NCBI GenBank assembly: GCA_963737655.1
Contig: CAVTTN010000002.1
Coordinates: 2,656,001-2,720,000 of the forward strand
Direction of reading: 5' to 3'
Origin: an uncultured Planctomycetota bacterium
GTDB taxonomy: Bacteria; Planctomycetota; Planctomycetia; Isosphaerales; Isosphaeraceae
DNA length: 64,000 nt
Shown: one piece after another, positions 50,301-60,493 of the stretch
How the letters are laid out: each line of letters begins with the position of its first letter
Numbering within the stretch: position 1 is the stretch's first letter
The notes under the pieces: model-generated
Database searches by the model: none
Told to the model about the DNA's origin: nothing
What the model saw: only the letters and a program-made list of their open reading frames with translations
Program-made: the position numbers and the translations under genes

Positions 50301-53300
50301 GGTGACGGTGACGCCCTGGATCGGGGTCTCGCCGGAGTCCTTCGTGCCGTTGTTATTGGCGTCGACGTAGACCGAGCCGCTGACCGTGGCCGGCAACACC
50401 TCGCCGAAGTTGTTGTTGGGTGCGGTGGAGTTCTGGACCACCCCGATCCCCGAGACGACGTCGGTGGCGTAGCTGCCGGCGATCACCGCGCCGTTCTTCG
50501 CGTCCAGCCCGTCGAGGTAGCCCGACGGCTGGGTCTCGGTCACCGTGTACGTGCCGGGCCGCAGGTTGGTGAAGCTGTACGAGCCGTCGGCGGCCGTCGT
50601 GGTCGTGGCCGAGGTGATGGCGCCGAGGTCGTTGGTGCCGGTCAGGGTCACCGACACGCCCTGGATCGGCGTCTCGCCCGAGTCCTTGACGCCGTTGTCA
50701 TTGGCATCGACGTAGACGTACCCGCTGAGCGCCCCGGGCTTCAGTTCGCCGAAGTTGTTGTTGGGGGAGTTGGCGTTCTGGACCACCCCGATCCCCGAGA
50801 CGACGTCGGTGGCGTAGCTGCCGGCGATCACGGCGCCGTTCTTGGCGTCGAGGCCGTCGAGGTAGCCCGACGGCTGGCTCTCGGTCACGGTGTAGGTGCC
50901 GGGCCGCAGGTTGGTGAAGCTGTACGAGCCGTCGGCGGCCGTCGTCGTGGTCTGGGTCGCGACGGTGCCATACGGGCTGGTCCCGGTCAAGGTGACTGTG
51001 ACCCCCGAGATCCCCGTCTCGCCCGAGTCCTTCGACCCGTTGTTGTTGGCGTCGAAGTAGACGACGCCCGACAGGCTCCCCGGGGCGATCTCGCCGAAGT
51101 TGTACGAGGCGACCGAGGTCCCGGCCGGCACCGCGATGCCCCCCAGGGTGTCGGTCCCGATCGTCCCGGCCTGAACGGTCGAGTTGATCGACTCCAGGCC
51201 ATCGAAGTACCCCGACGGCTGGGTCTCGACGACCGAGTAAGTCCCGGCCGTGAGCCCCCCGAACGAGTATCCGCCGGAGGAGTTGGTCAAGGTCGTGGTG
51301 AGGACGTTCCCCTTCGAGTCGTCGAGGGTCACCGTCACGCCGGAGATCCCGGTTTCGCCGTTATCCTGGACGCCGTCGCCGTTGGCATCGAAGTAGACCA
51401 CGCCGGAGAGCGAGCCGAGGGTCTCGCCGAAGTTGACGCCGGTGACCGGGGAGGTGCCGAGGCTCACCGGCAGGGTGATTGGCGTATCCGTGCCGTAGCC
51501 GCTCTTGACGGTCTCGACGACGCTGTAGGAGCCCGGGGGCAGGTTGGGGAAGTTGTACGAGCCGTCGGCGGCCGTCGTGGTCGTGGCGACGGTCTGGCCC
51601 TTGGAGTCGAGGAGGGTGACGGTGAGCCCGCCCAGCCCGCTGTCGCCGGCGTCGAGCGTCGTGCTCTTGTTGGCGTCGTAGAAGACGGTGCCCGAGATGC
51701 TGGAGCCGAGCTCGCCGAAGAGGTAGCCCGGGGCGTCCTGGCCGGCGGCCAGGGAGATGCCCGAGGTCACGTCGATGACCGCCGTGCTGCCGCCGGCGGT
51801 GCCCGCGGCGTCGGTCCCCTCGTTGTACCCGGCCGGCTGGGTCTCGACGACGCGATAGGTCCCGGCGGTCAGGCCCGAGAACGAGTAGGAGCCGTCATTG
51901 GCCGTGGTGGTCGTCGCGACGACCTGGGAGGAGCCGTTGTAGAGGGTCACGGTGACGCCGCCGAGATCGACGTCGCCCGTGTTCAGCGTCCCGCTGGCGT
52001 CCTTGTCGAAGTAGACCACGCCGGAGAGCGAGCCGAGGGTCTCGCCGAAGTTGACGCCGGTGACCGGGGAGGTGCCGAGGCTGACCGGCAGGGTGGTCGG
52101 CGTGTCGGTGCCGTAGCCGCTCTTGACGGTCTCGACGACGCTGTAGGAGCCCGGGGGCAGGTTGGGGAAGTTGTACGAGCCGTCGGCGGCCGTCGTGGTC
52201 GTGGCGACGGTCTGGCCCTTGGAGTCGAGGAGGGTGACGGTGAGCCCGCCCAGCCCGCTGTCGCCGGCGTCGAGCGTGGCGCTCTTGTTGGCGTCGTAGA
52301 ACACGGTCCCGCTGATGGAGGAGCCGAGCTCGCCGAAGTTGTAGTTGACGCCCGAGGCGCCCGCGCCGAGCGGGACCACGAAGACGTCCTGCATCATCAG
52401 GGAGCTGCCGGCGACCGATCCGAGGGTGTCGGTCCCCTGGTTGTAGCCGGCGGGCTGAGTCTCGACGATCCCGTACATCCCGGCGGTCAGGCCCGAGAAC
52501 GAGTAGGACCCGTCATTGGCCGTGGTGGTGGTCGCGACGACTTGATAGGAGCTGTTGTAGAGGGTCACGGTGACGCCGCCGAGATCGACGTCGCCCGTGT
52601 TCAGCGTCCCGCTGGCGTCCTTGTCGAAGTAGACCACGCCGGAGAGGGAGCCGAGGGTCTCGCCGAAGTTGACGCCGGTGACCGGACTGGCGCCGAGGCT
52701 CACCGGCAGGGTGATTGGCGTATCCGTGCCGTAGCCGCTCTTGACCGTCTCGACGACGCTGTAGGAGCCCGGGGGCAGGTTGGGGAAGGAGTACGAGCCG
52801 TCGCCGGCGGTCGTGGTCGTGGCGACGGTCTGGCCCTTGGAGTCGAGGAGGGTGACGGTGAGCCCGCCCAGCCCGCTGTCGCCGGCGTCGAGCGTGGCGC
52901 TCTTGTTGGCGTCGTAGAAGACGGTGCCCGAGATGCTGGAGCCGAGCTCGCCGAAGAGGTAGCCCGGGGCGTCCTGGCCGGCGGCCAGGGAGATTCCCGA
53001 GGTCACGTCGATGACCGCCGTGCTGCCGCCGGCGGTGCCCGCGGCGTCGGTCCCCTCGTTGTACCCGGCCGGCTGGGTCTCGGTGACGGTGTACGTGCCC
53101 GGTCGGAGTCCGGCGAAGGCGAAATTCCCCAGGCTGTCGGTCGATCCGGAGGCCGTCACCGGGTTGCCCAGGTCGTCGGTGCCGGCCAGGCTCACCTGCA
53201 CGTTGGAGATCGGCGAGTCGCCCGCGTCGAGCGTCCCGCTCTTGTTCGCGTCGAAGTAGACCGAGCCCTCGATCGACGCCGGCACGAGTTCCCCGAAATT

Positions 53301-54626
53301 GAACTGGGTCCCGACGTTGCCCGCCGACAGGCTCACGGCGAAGGCGTCGTTCCCCGAGACCGAACCCGAGGTCGCCCCGCTGCCCGCGGTGTCCTTGCCG
53401 TCGAGGTAGGCCGACGGCTGGGTCTCGACGATCGAATACGAGCCGGGCCGCAGGCCGGGGAACTGGTAGAACCCGTTGGAGTCCGCGGCGACGGTGATCG
53501 GCGCGATCGGCCCCAGGTCGTTCGAGCCCGAGAGCGTGACCAGGGTGCCCGGGATCGGCGACTCGGTCCCCTGGAACGTCCCATCATTGTTGGCGTCGGC
53601 GTAGACGTAGCCCGAAACGCTCGCGGGCGCGACCTCGCCGAAGTTGTTGTTCGACGAGCCGTTCGAGCCGAGCGTGATGGGGATGGTGTCCGTGCCGACG
53701 GTGCCCGGGATCGGGGCGACGTTGCCGCTGGTCTCCAGGCCGTCGAGGTAGCCCGGCGGCTGGGCCTCGACGACGGTGTAGGCGCCGGGCTTCAGGGCGT
53801 CGGACGGCGTGTATTGATAGATCACCTGGACCTGGGCGCTGGCCTTGGTCAGGATATATTCGTCGAAGTTCCCGGGCCCGGTGTCCGTCGAGTTCGCCAG
53901 GGCGATCTGGATCGGCTTGACGGTGCCTTGCCCCGAGTAGAGGGCCAGGGTGGCCGGATTGGTCAGAGTGGTCGAGTTCGATCCGCTCGTGGTGAGCTGG
54001 AAGGTGATGCCGCTGGTCCCGCCGTAGTCCTCGACGTTGTCGAAGGCCGTCAGTTGATCGGTCCGCGACACCGACGGCAGGACGGTGTTGAGGTTCAGCC
54101 CGGGGCCGGTCAGTCCCAGGCTCCCGGCCACGGTCGAGGTGACCGCCGTCGGCGTCGGATCGACGTTCTCGATCCCGAAGGTGCTCGTAATGCTCCCGCC
54201 GTCCATGATCTGGACCGAGGTCAGCGCCCCCAGCGAGCCGTCGAACTGCTGGAAGCTCATCGTCTTCGAGAAGTTCGTCGAGGTCGGCGCGATCGAGGCG
54301 TTCTGGGTGATCGTGACCGGGGCGGTCGAGATCCTCGGGTCGTGGTCGAAGAGGTAGGACCCATCGGGCTTCGAGACCGTGGTGTCGACCACGCTCCCGT
54401 TCGAGTCGTAGAGGCTGACCGACACGTTCGCCAGGGGCGTCTCCCCCGCGTCGAACACGCCGTTGTCATTGGCGTCGCTGTAGACATAGCCGCTGATCCC
54501 GCCCGCCAGGCTGAGCACGACGCGAGGCTCGAGCGACTCGATGGCTGAGGTCACCCCCCCAGACTTGCGGCGTCTACGGGTCGGGCGGGAGATCAGGGGC
54601 GAGCGGAGGAAGCCTCGGCGACTCAT
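47355..54626 (-). CDS. Giant SdrD-B-like (Cna-B) repeat surface protein with a LEPRxLL-type leader
   Basis: Arg-rich N-terminus with IESLEPRVVLS. More than a dozen repeats of SG.VY.DAN...D.GE...V.VTL...TTT..DGSYSF..L.PG.Y.V.ETQP.GY...NFGE. Confidence 0.93.
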   Translation of the reverse strand: MSRRGFLRSPLISRPTRRRRKSGGVTSAIESLEPRVVLSLAGGISGYVYSDANDNGVFDAGETPLANVSVSLYDSNGSVVDTTVSKPDGSYLFDHDPRISTAPVTITQNASIAPTSTNFSKTMSFQQFDGSLGALTSVQIMDGGSITSTFGIENVDPTPTAVTSTVAGSLGLTGPGLNLNTVLPSVSRTDQLTAFDNVEDYGGTSGITFQLTTSGSNSTTLTNPATLALYSGQGTVKPIQIALANSTDTGPGNFDEYILTKASAQVQVIYQYTPSDALKPGAYTVVEAQPPGYLDGLETSGNVAPIPGTVGTDTIPITLGSNGSSNNNFGEVAPASVSGYVYADANNDGTFQGTESPIPGTLVTLSGSNDLGPIAPITVAADSNGFYQFPGLRPGSYSIVETQPSAYLDGKDTAGSGATSGSVSGNDAFAVSLSAGNVGTQFNFGELVPASIEGSVYFDANKSGTLDAGDSPISNVQVSLAGTDDLGNPVTASGSTDSLGNFAFAGLRPGTYTVTETQPAGYNEGTDAAGTAGGSTAVIDVTSGISLAAGQDAPGYLFGELGSSISGTVFYDANKSATLDAGDSGLGGLTVTLLDSKGQTVATTTTAGDGSYSFPNLPPGSYSVVETVKSGYGTDTPITLPVSLGASPVTGVNFGETLGSLSGVVYFDKDASGTLNTGDVDLGGVTVTLYNSSYQVVATTTTANDGSYSFSGLTAGMYGIVETQPAGYNQGTDTLGSVAGSSLMMQDVFVVPLGAGASGVNYNFGELGSSISGTVFYDANKSATLDAGDSGLGGLTVTLLDSKGQTVATTTTAADGSYNFPNLPPGSYSVVETVKSGYGTDTPTTLPVSLGTSPVTGVNFGETLGSLSGVVYFDKDASGTLNTGDVDLGGVTVTLYNGSSQVVATTTTANDGSYSFSGLTAGTYRVVETQPAGYNEGTDAAGTAGGSTAVIDVTSGISLAAGQDAPGYLFGELGSSISGTVFYDANKSTTLDAGDSGLGGLTVTLLDSKGQTVATTTTAADGSYNFPNLPPGSYSVVETVKSGYGTDTPITLPVSLGTSPVTGVNFGETLGSLSGVVYFDANGDGVQDNGETGISGVTVTLDDSKGNVLTTTLTNSSGGYSFGGLTAGTYSVVETQPSGYFDGLESINSTVQAGTIGTDTLGGIAVPAGTSVASYNFGEIAPGSLSGVVYFDANNNGSKDSGETGISGVTVTLTGTSPYGTVATQTTTTAADGSYSFTNLRPGTYTVTESQPSGYLDGLDAKNGAVIAGSYATDVVSGIGVVQNANSPNNNFGELKPGALSGYVYVDANDNGVKDSGETPIQGVSVTLTGTNDLGAITSATTTTAADGSYSFTNLRPGTYTVTETQPSGYLDGLDAKNGAVIAGSYATDVVSGIGVVQNSTAPNNNFGEVLPATVSGSVYVDANNNGTKDSGETPIQGVTVTLSGTNDLGALTSVTTTTDASGNYSFTGLRPGTYTVTETQPIGYLDGLDAKNGVPIAGSNTSDVISSLTVASGGTSANNNFGELKPGALSGYVYVDANDNGVKDSGETPIQGVSVTLTGTNDLGAITSATTTTAADGSYSFTGLRPGTYTVTETQPSGYLDGLDAKNGAVIAGSYATDVVSGIGVVQNATSPNNNFGELAPASLSGYVYFDANNNGVKDSGETPISGAKVTLTGTDDRGQSVSLPAATTDANGFYSFPNLRPGTYVLTETQPAGYADGKDAIGSEGGTTGNDVLTASPIAAGTSGINNNFGELLPITISGTTYLDTTGNGLTSDDKAFGGLTVTLYSDNNHDGQIDAGDTVVKTATSDATTGYYSFTNVSPGSYLVQETVPNNYLLTAPTNSPFYSVAATTLGATYGNNDFDQYMVCPCAGSVTSLSFVISGPEGTQTVTDLRGHVTQGDTVTAYFKITGTYTTQLSLVSYVAPGSSFDANTASQQTIYADSTGSFAPGPNSGTYSLTVHVPSSYFQVDFVCGQAIDQLGPAGSNIFYTPQGRLISADNGGSQAAGILSGYVYVDANDSGVRNATETGISGVTVTLQTASGTPIATTTTASDGSYSFSGLPSGTYTLVETQPSSYLEGKNTAGTAGGTAGAVGVDTISAITLNLAGGAVDGFEYDFGELRPAAVSGFAFLDSNSDGNRDTGESGLNNVTIKLTGTDDLGHAVSASTATASDGSYSFGGLRPGTYTVTETEPAGYTKTGNNVGTVNGSTDGKLSGSLAINSIALGSGNSGVEYDFGEIKFSSCTQAKPLSCGDTATIGYWANNNGQALIKSLNGGTSATNLATWLTSSYPNLFPASLNLKTNTDVAAYFVKLKNASGDKVEAQVMAVALATYVTDSDLAGTAASSYKFTVNSTGAGGKTYNTGSNGSAFGLSNNTNYTVLTFLQAANASASNGIVSGSTSSSARTAQGTIFNGINTAGDIPGG

Positions 54627-55083
54627 CGGGGGTCATCTCCTGAAATGCGTGGCTCTGATCGAGATCCGCGTCGGTTCGACGCGGGAGGAATGTGCGGGAC
54701 AGGGGGGAATTCGCCGTCTTCTGCCGGACGCTGGCCGGAGGACGGCGCGAACCGCTCACCTGGGCGCGCACGACCGACGCCGCGCCGAGGATGGATCGGG
54801 CTGAACTTATTCAAATTATGGGACAAACGAGCGTGTGACGCTCCAGGTCAATCCTCCGGCCGCGACGGCCCGATCGGGCGGGCCGGAGCGTCCTCCGTGC
54901 CGACCCGGGGCGTCGGCTGGCGGCATCGGGGGTTCATGAGACCGGATGTCGGGACGCTCTCAGGTGCCATGCCCGAGGGAGACGCCCACGATCGAGGTCA
55001 CGCCGGGGGGGCGCCCGGCCGCCCCGTCCCTCGGGACGAGCGGCCGGGCCGGGAGGCCAGCGTAGAACTCGAACGACGGGCGC

Positions 55084-55815
55084 TCAGGACCGGGGGGCCG
55101 AGCGACGACGACGGCGGCGGGCGCCGAGGAGACCCAGGCCGCCCAGGCTGGCCAGGACCAGGCTGGCGGGCTCGGGCACCGCGTTGGGGATGTATTGATA
55201 GCGAACCTCCGCCACTGCACCGGCGTTGGTGCGGAAGATCGTGGCCGAGTTGCCGGCCGTGTCGGTCGCGCTCGACTGCGCCACCGAGAAGATCGGCAGG
55301 ATGATCGATCCCGGCCCGGTGAACAGGAGGATGTCCGACGGCGACGGGGGGATGTACGAGACGCTGTTCGTAGCGAAGCCGTCCAGGCCCGTGTACGCCG
55401 CCCCATAGGGGGAGGTGAAGATCGGGTTGCCGCTCGGGTTCGCGTCGAAGGTCCCGATCCTTTCGACGTCCGGGAGGACCGTCGTGAGGATGGTGCTGTC
55501 GGGCCTGCTCAGCGTGATGCTCGCCGCGAGGTCCGAGGTGATCGTGTTCGAGGAGCTGTCCGAGAGGTTCGAGACCGACATGCTGCCGGTGACCTCACCG
55601 GTCAGTCGGAACTCGATCCCGATGAGCGTGCCCAGGCTCGGGTCGAACTGGGCCAACGTGACCGAGGTGTTCCAGTTGGTCTTGGTGACCGCGACGCTGT
55701 CGCTGTAGTAGGGGGTGTAGTCGGCCTTCGACGACGGCGTCGTCAGGACGGCAACGATGGCGAGGGCGGGGATGAGGCGTAACGCTCGTCCCAGGATGCG
55801 GCTCAGACTCTTCAA
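55084..55815 (-). CDS. PEP-CTERM protein with a choice-of-anchor E-like domain
   Basis: Signal peptide, TNWNTSVTLAQFDPSLGTL, and C-terminal VPEPAS + TM + RRRRRR. TTG start follows GAGGAG. Confidence 0.88.
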   Translation of the reverse strand: MKSLSRILGRALRLIPALAIVAVLTTPSSKADYTPYYSDSVAVTKTNWNTSVTLAQFDPSLGTLIGIEFRLTGEVTGSMSVSNLSDSSSNTITSDLAASITLSRPDSTILTTVLPDVERIGTFDANPSGNPIFTSPYGAAYTGLDGFATNSVSYIPPSPSDILLFTGPGSIILPIFSVAQSSATDTAGNSATIFRTNAGAVAEVRYQYIPNAVPEPASLVLASLGGLGLLGARRRRRRSAPRS

Positions 55816-56873
55816 GGTACGTCTCCTCAAGATGAGAATCGACAAGGCGATGGGGTGTGCCGATCGGGGTTAGGCCGATGGGCACGATCCCACTCACGGG
55901 ACAAAACATCAGTGCGCCGGCCTGATGCCAGGGGGATTCGAGTGCGACAACCTCGGGCCCGTTCGATCGAGGGAGCCCGCCATCGCCGGGGGGAGCGATG
56001 ATCCGGGCTCGAGCGCCTCGGGACGCCAGGCAGGTCGCCAATCAGGTTTCCGTGGCGGATTCGACGTCATTCCCGAATTCGGCCGGGCCGAGTAAGTCGA
56101 GGGCGGCCCACGCGATCCAGGACCCGAAGAATTTGCCATTCGCGCGAATCAAAGCTAGAGTCCTCGCAGGTGAAGGCGCGGAGGCCGATCGTCGGACGAC
56201 TTCGTCCGACCTCTCACCTCCGCTGTCGCATGGGCATCCCCGCCCGAAGGTGCCGGCGACATGCCGACTCCTGTCCCCATCAAATCCGGGTCAGGTCTCT
56301 CAAGAAAAACCCTATTGTTAGCTGCAGTCTTGCACCTTCGACACAAGGATTCGGAGGAAAACCGAGGCAGGTCGCACGAGCCGGGGACGGGCCGACGGAA
56401 CGCCCCGCCGCCGAGGACTCGTGATGCCAGGGGATTACCGATCGGGAGAGGCCGAGGATCGAAACCGCTCCTCGGTCGTCGCACCACCCCGGTCGGCTCA
56501 TTAGATGCTTCGCCGAACCAAGAGACAAGGCCTCTGGATCTCGCAGGGGTTTTTTCGTAAATGACCTAACTCGCTCGTCTGCCTGAATAAGCGCGACATA
56601 TACGGAAAAAATATTTGTCTATTCTAGCCATTCGGGTGATGTATTCCGCAAAAACGCCTTCCGTGATTGCTTGAGGCGGCCCATGCCTCTCGCCTCGACC
56701 CGTCTTCCGCGAGAGCCGACGCGGCCGAGACGAGGAGTGTGCCGGTCGCGAATGGCCTATCCTTGCCCTCCGTGCCTCGCCGCGGGCGTTGCAAATCCGA
56801 AACGAAATCCAGGGCGGACTCGCCCCTCTCGGGATGCCGAGCGGATCGGAGACCTGGGTTCGGACCGATCGCC

Positions 56874-57815
56874 TCAACGAGATCGCCACCAGATCCCAGG
56901 GGCCAGCCCGAGGGCGGCCGCCTCGGTTTCGATCGACGCGCGGAACCGACGGGCGTCGACGGGATAACCGGCCGACGGGCGGAGGCCGGGGATTCGGGCG
57001 GTCCAGAAGGCGTTGAAGGCGGCCATCCACGCCTCGCGGACCGTCTTGGCCACGATCGACGCCAGGGCGACGAGTCCATCCCCCGAGTCGGCCCGCGGCG
57101 TCAGCTCCAGCTCGAGCCGTCGGCGGCCGTCTCTGAGGGTGTAGACGCTCCGGGACGGGCCCTCGGCGCCCCGGTCGATCCGGGCGTCGGGAAACGAGGA
57201 GGCGAGTGGGCCGAGGTAGAAGTGCCGGCCTCCGTGCTTGTCGCCCCGGGCCCGGGTCTCCTCGGTCGCCTCGGCCCAGGTCGGCGAGAGCAACCGCGCG
57301 AACGCCTCGAAATGGGCTTCCGCCTTGGATTCGAGCCGATCGAGGGCCTCGTTGAACCGGCCCGGGCCGACGACCTCGGCGCGGACGGCCACGATCCGCC
57401 ACGACGAGGCGTTCAGGGGGCGGAGCGGGAGCGTGATGGCCAGGCGATCGAGGGCCTCGGGCGAGGGAAACGGCGGGTCGTGCCCCGGCTCCAGCCACGG
57501 AGCAAGCTCGACGTCCTCGAACGACCCGGAGCCCAGCGCCGCGAGCAGGCCGGAGAGCGTCGAAGGCGGCGAGGCGCCGGTCGCGACGAGGGCGGCGACC
57601 GTCGCTTCTTCCAACCGTTCTCGTCCCTTGCCGCCCCGGTAGATCGCCTTGGAGTCGTCGATCCAGAGCCGATCGGGCCGGCCCCCGGCGCGATCGACCG
57701 ATCCGGCGAGGTCCGCCCAGAGGTCGGGCTGATCCCCCTGGGCGGTCACCGAGGCGAAGACCAGGGGTCCCAGGTTCGGGCCGTAGCCGGCCTCGTCGAT
57801 GCCGACCCACTTCAT
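56874..57815 (-). CDS. Divergent RNase HII-like protein
   Basis: VGIDEAGYGP, IDDSK, RADS...VALASIVAK and AGYP motifs, with long insertions. Confidence 0.72.
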   Translation of the reverse strand: MKWVGIDEAGYGPNLGPLVFASVTAQGDQPDLWADLAGSVDRAGGRPDRLWIDDSKAIYRGGKGRERLEEATVAALVATGASPPSTLSGLLAALGSGSFEDVELAPWLEPGHDPPFPSPEALDRLAITLPLRPLNASSWRIVAVRAEVVGPGRFNEALDRLESKAEAHFEAFARLLSPTWAEATEETRARGDKHGGRHFYLGPLASSFPDARIDRGAEGPSRSVYTLRDGRRRLELELTPRADSGDGLVALASIVAKTVREAWMAAFNAFWTARIPGLRPSAGYPVDARRFRASIETEAAALGLAPGIWWRSR

Positions 57816-57848
57816 CCGGGCCGCCGCTCCGAGCAAGGGACGGCCGGA

Positions 57849-58700
<852 letters not shown>

Positions 58701-58852
58701 GGAATGGGGTCCTTCCCGATCGGCGACCCACCCGGGTCGTCCTCCGACCCGGTCCCGGCCCGACTCGGGAGTCTATCCCCGGTCCGAGGCGGCGCGAAGG
58801 GGAATCGGAGGCGAATTCCGGGCCGATCGTTCCTTGGCATTCGCGGGGCTTG

Positions 58853-58882
58853 CACCCTCTCCCCCGCCTCGGGGAGAGGGTG
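58853..58882. repeat. CCCTCTCCC...GGGAGAGGG palindrome (REP-like or terminator)
   Basis: 12-bp perfect arms CACCCTCTCCCC / GGGGAGAGGGTG. Confidence 0.6.
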
Positions 58883-58918
58883 ACGGAACATCGATCCCAG
58901 ACCACTCATCCCTACCAC

Positions 58919-59539
58919 TCACGGCAGCTCGATCACCTCGACCTTGCGAATCCAGACCTGGCTGCCCGGGTCGTGCTGCTGGAAGGCGAAGTAGCCCTCG
59001 GTGAACGAGTTGTTCTTGTCGATGTAATCGACGGTGGTCTTGCCGTTGACGCGGATGATGATGTGGTCGCCCACGGCCTCGATCTCCTGGGTGAACCAGG
59101 TGTCCGGCGGGACGAGCTGATCGAAGACCTTCACGTGATTGTACAACGAGCCCGTGCGGACGGGGTCGCCGTGGGTGCTGTTGACCTGCGCCTCGTATCC
59201 CTTGGGGAAGCCGGGCCCCTTGGCCGTGCGGAAGTACATCCCGGAATTGGCCTTGTCGGCGATCTTGACCTCGGCGCGATACTTGAAGTTCTTGTAATTT
59301 CCCTTGGGGCTGAAGAGGTGGGAGACCGGGCCCTTGCCGTGGATCACGCCGTCCTCGACGACCCAGTTCTTGCTGAAGTCCGCCTGCTTCCCCTTGCCGT
59401 CGTAGGCTTCCCAGCCGTCCAGGTCCTTGCCGTTGAAGATCGGGGTCCAGTCCTTGTCGTCGGCCCGGCTGCCCGAGGGGGCGATCGCGGCCATCGGCGC
59501 GACCAGGGCCAGGGTCAGGGCGAATCGGAGGCGAGTCAT
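58919..59539 (-). CDS. DUF1080 (3-keto-disaccharide hydrolase family) protein
   Basis: Signal peptide, IFNGKDLDGW, WVVEDG, NSG, GYEAQ, TGSLY and FQQH. Confidence 0.92.
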   Translation of the reverse strand: MTRLRFALTLALVAPMAAIAPSGSRADDKDWTPIFNGKDLDGWEAYDGKGKQADFSKNWVVEDGVIHGKGPVSHLFSPKGNYKNFKYRAEVKIADKANSGMYFRTAKGPGFPKGYEAQVNSTHGDPVRTGSLYNHVKVFDQLVPPDTWFTQEIEAVGDHIIIRVNGKTTVDYIDKNNSFTEGYFAFQQHDPGSQVWIRKVEVIELP

Positions 59540-59773
59540 CGGTGGTCGTCCCTTCTCGTCATGCGAACGGTCGAGAGGCGAGGCCCGGTCTCGATCGGGG
59601 CCGTCGTGCTCCGCGAACTATAAGGGAAGGAACAGGCCGATGCCAGACCTCGGGCCGGTGACCCGACCTCGATTCGTGCCAGCCTCGACGACGGGCCTCT
59701 CAGGAATCCGCCCTCCCGGCGGCGTCGGGAGAGAGGCCGTCATCGCGCCCATCCCGGGCGGGAGTATCGGCCG

Positions 59774-60446
59774 ATGAAGCCCGTCGAACCGACCGTCAGC
59801 CAGGTCATCCGTCGTCGCCGAGCGGCCCGTCGGTTCGACCCGACCCGGCCTCTCGACGAGCGGCTCCTGGACGAAATCCTCGGACTGGCCTCGATGGCCC
59901 CGTCGGGCTTCAACCTCCAGCCGTGGCGGTTCGTGGTCGTCCGCTCGACGAAGAACCGCGAGAGGCTCCGGGCGTGCGCCTTCGGTCAGGCCAAGATCGC
60001 CGAGGCGCCGGCGGTCGTGATCGTCCTCGGGGCGATCGACCCGCATCGCTCGGACCTGGAGGAGGTCGTGGCCGAGGCCGTCCGGCTCGGCGCTGTCCGT
60101 GGAGGAGGGGGCCGGCTGGCGAGGCCGGGCGTCCTCGGCGATGGAACGGCGGGCCGACCCGAGGCTCTGGGCCATGCGGTCGGCCTCGCTGGCCGCCTCG
60201 ACGCTGATGATCGCCGCGGAGGGGCTCGGGGTGGCCTCGGCGCCGATGGAGGGGTTCGCCGAGGAGCCTCTCCGTCGGGAATTCGGAATTCCGGATGATC
60301 ACGTCGTCTGGGGCCTGATCGCCCTGGGCTTCGCCGCCGAGGAAACCCCGTTTCCGGGCCGGCTTCCGCTCGATCGCGTCGTCTTCGACGAGCATTTCGG
60401 CCAGCCGAGGGGCCCTGGATCGGCCGATTCGGAGCCGTTAGGATGA
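59774..60446 (+). CDS. Nitroreductase-family protein; frameshift near 60093
   Basis: RRAARRF and APSGFNLQPWRFVV in one frame; LMIAAEGLGVASAPMEGF and LIALGF in the next. Confidence 0.85.
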
Positions 60447-60493
60447 CGCGCCCGCCGAGCTTCGCCCCAGGAACCCTCCCCGAGAGACGCGCG

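Noticed and set aside
49711..53080. Diversity-generating retroelement template/variable repeats
   Set aside because: The repeats are in-frame domain duplications, no adenine-specific pattern was noticed, and there is no reverse transcriptase in the window.
47475..54548. 2357-aa plus-strand ORF and other long overlapping ORFs (1828-4149, 4452-8171, 11638-14703, 12132-15140, 33446-35944, 56667-58883)
   Set aside because: These are shadow frames of real high-GC genes, rich in Arg/Gly/Pro, with no motifs.
55850..55930. c-di-GMP riboswitch upstream of the PEP-CTERM gene
   Set aside because: Hairpins are present, but the conserved GGCAAAC/GAAA/GCAAAG elements were not found by eye.
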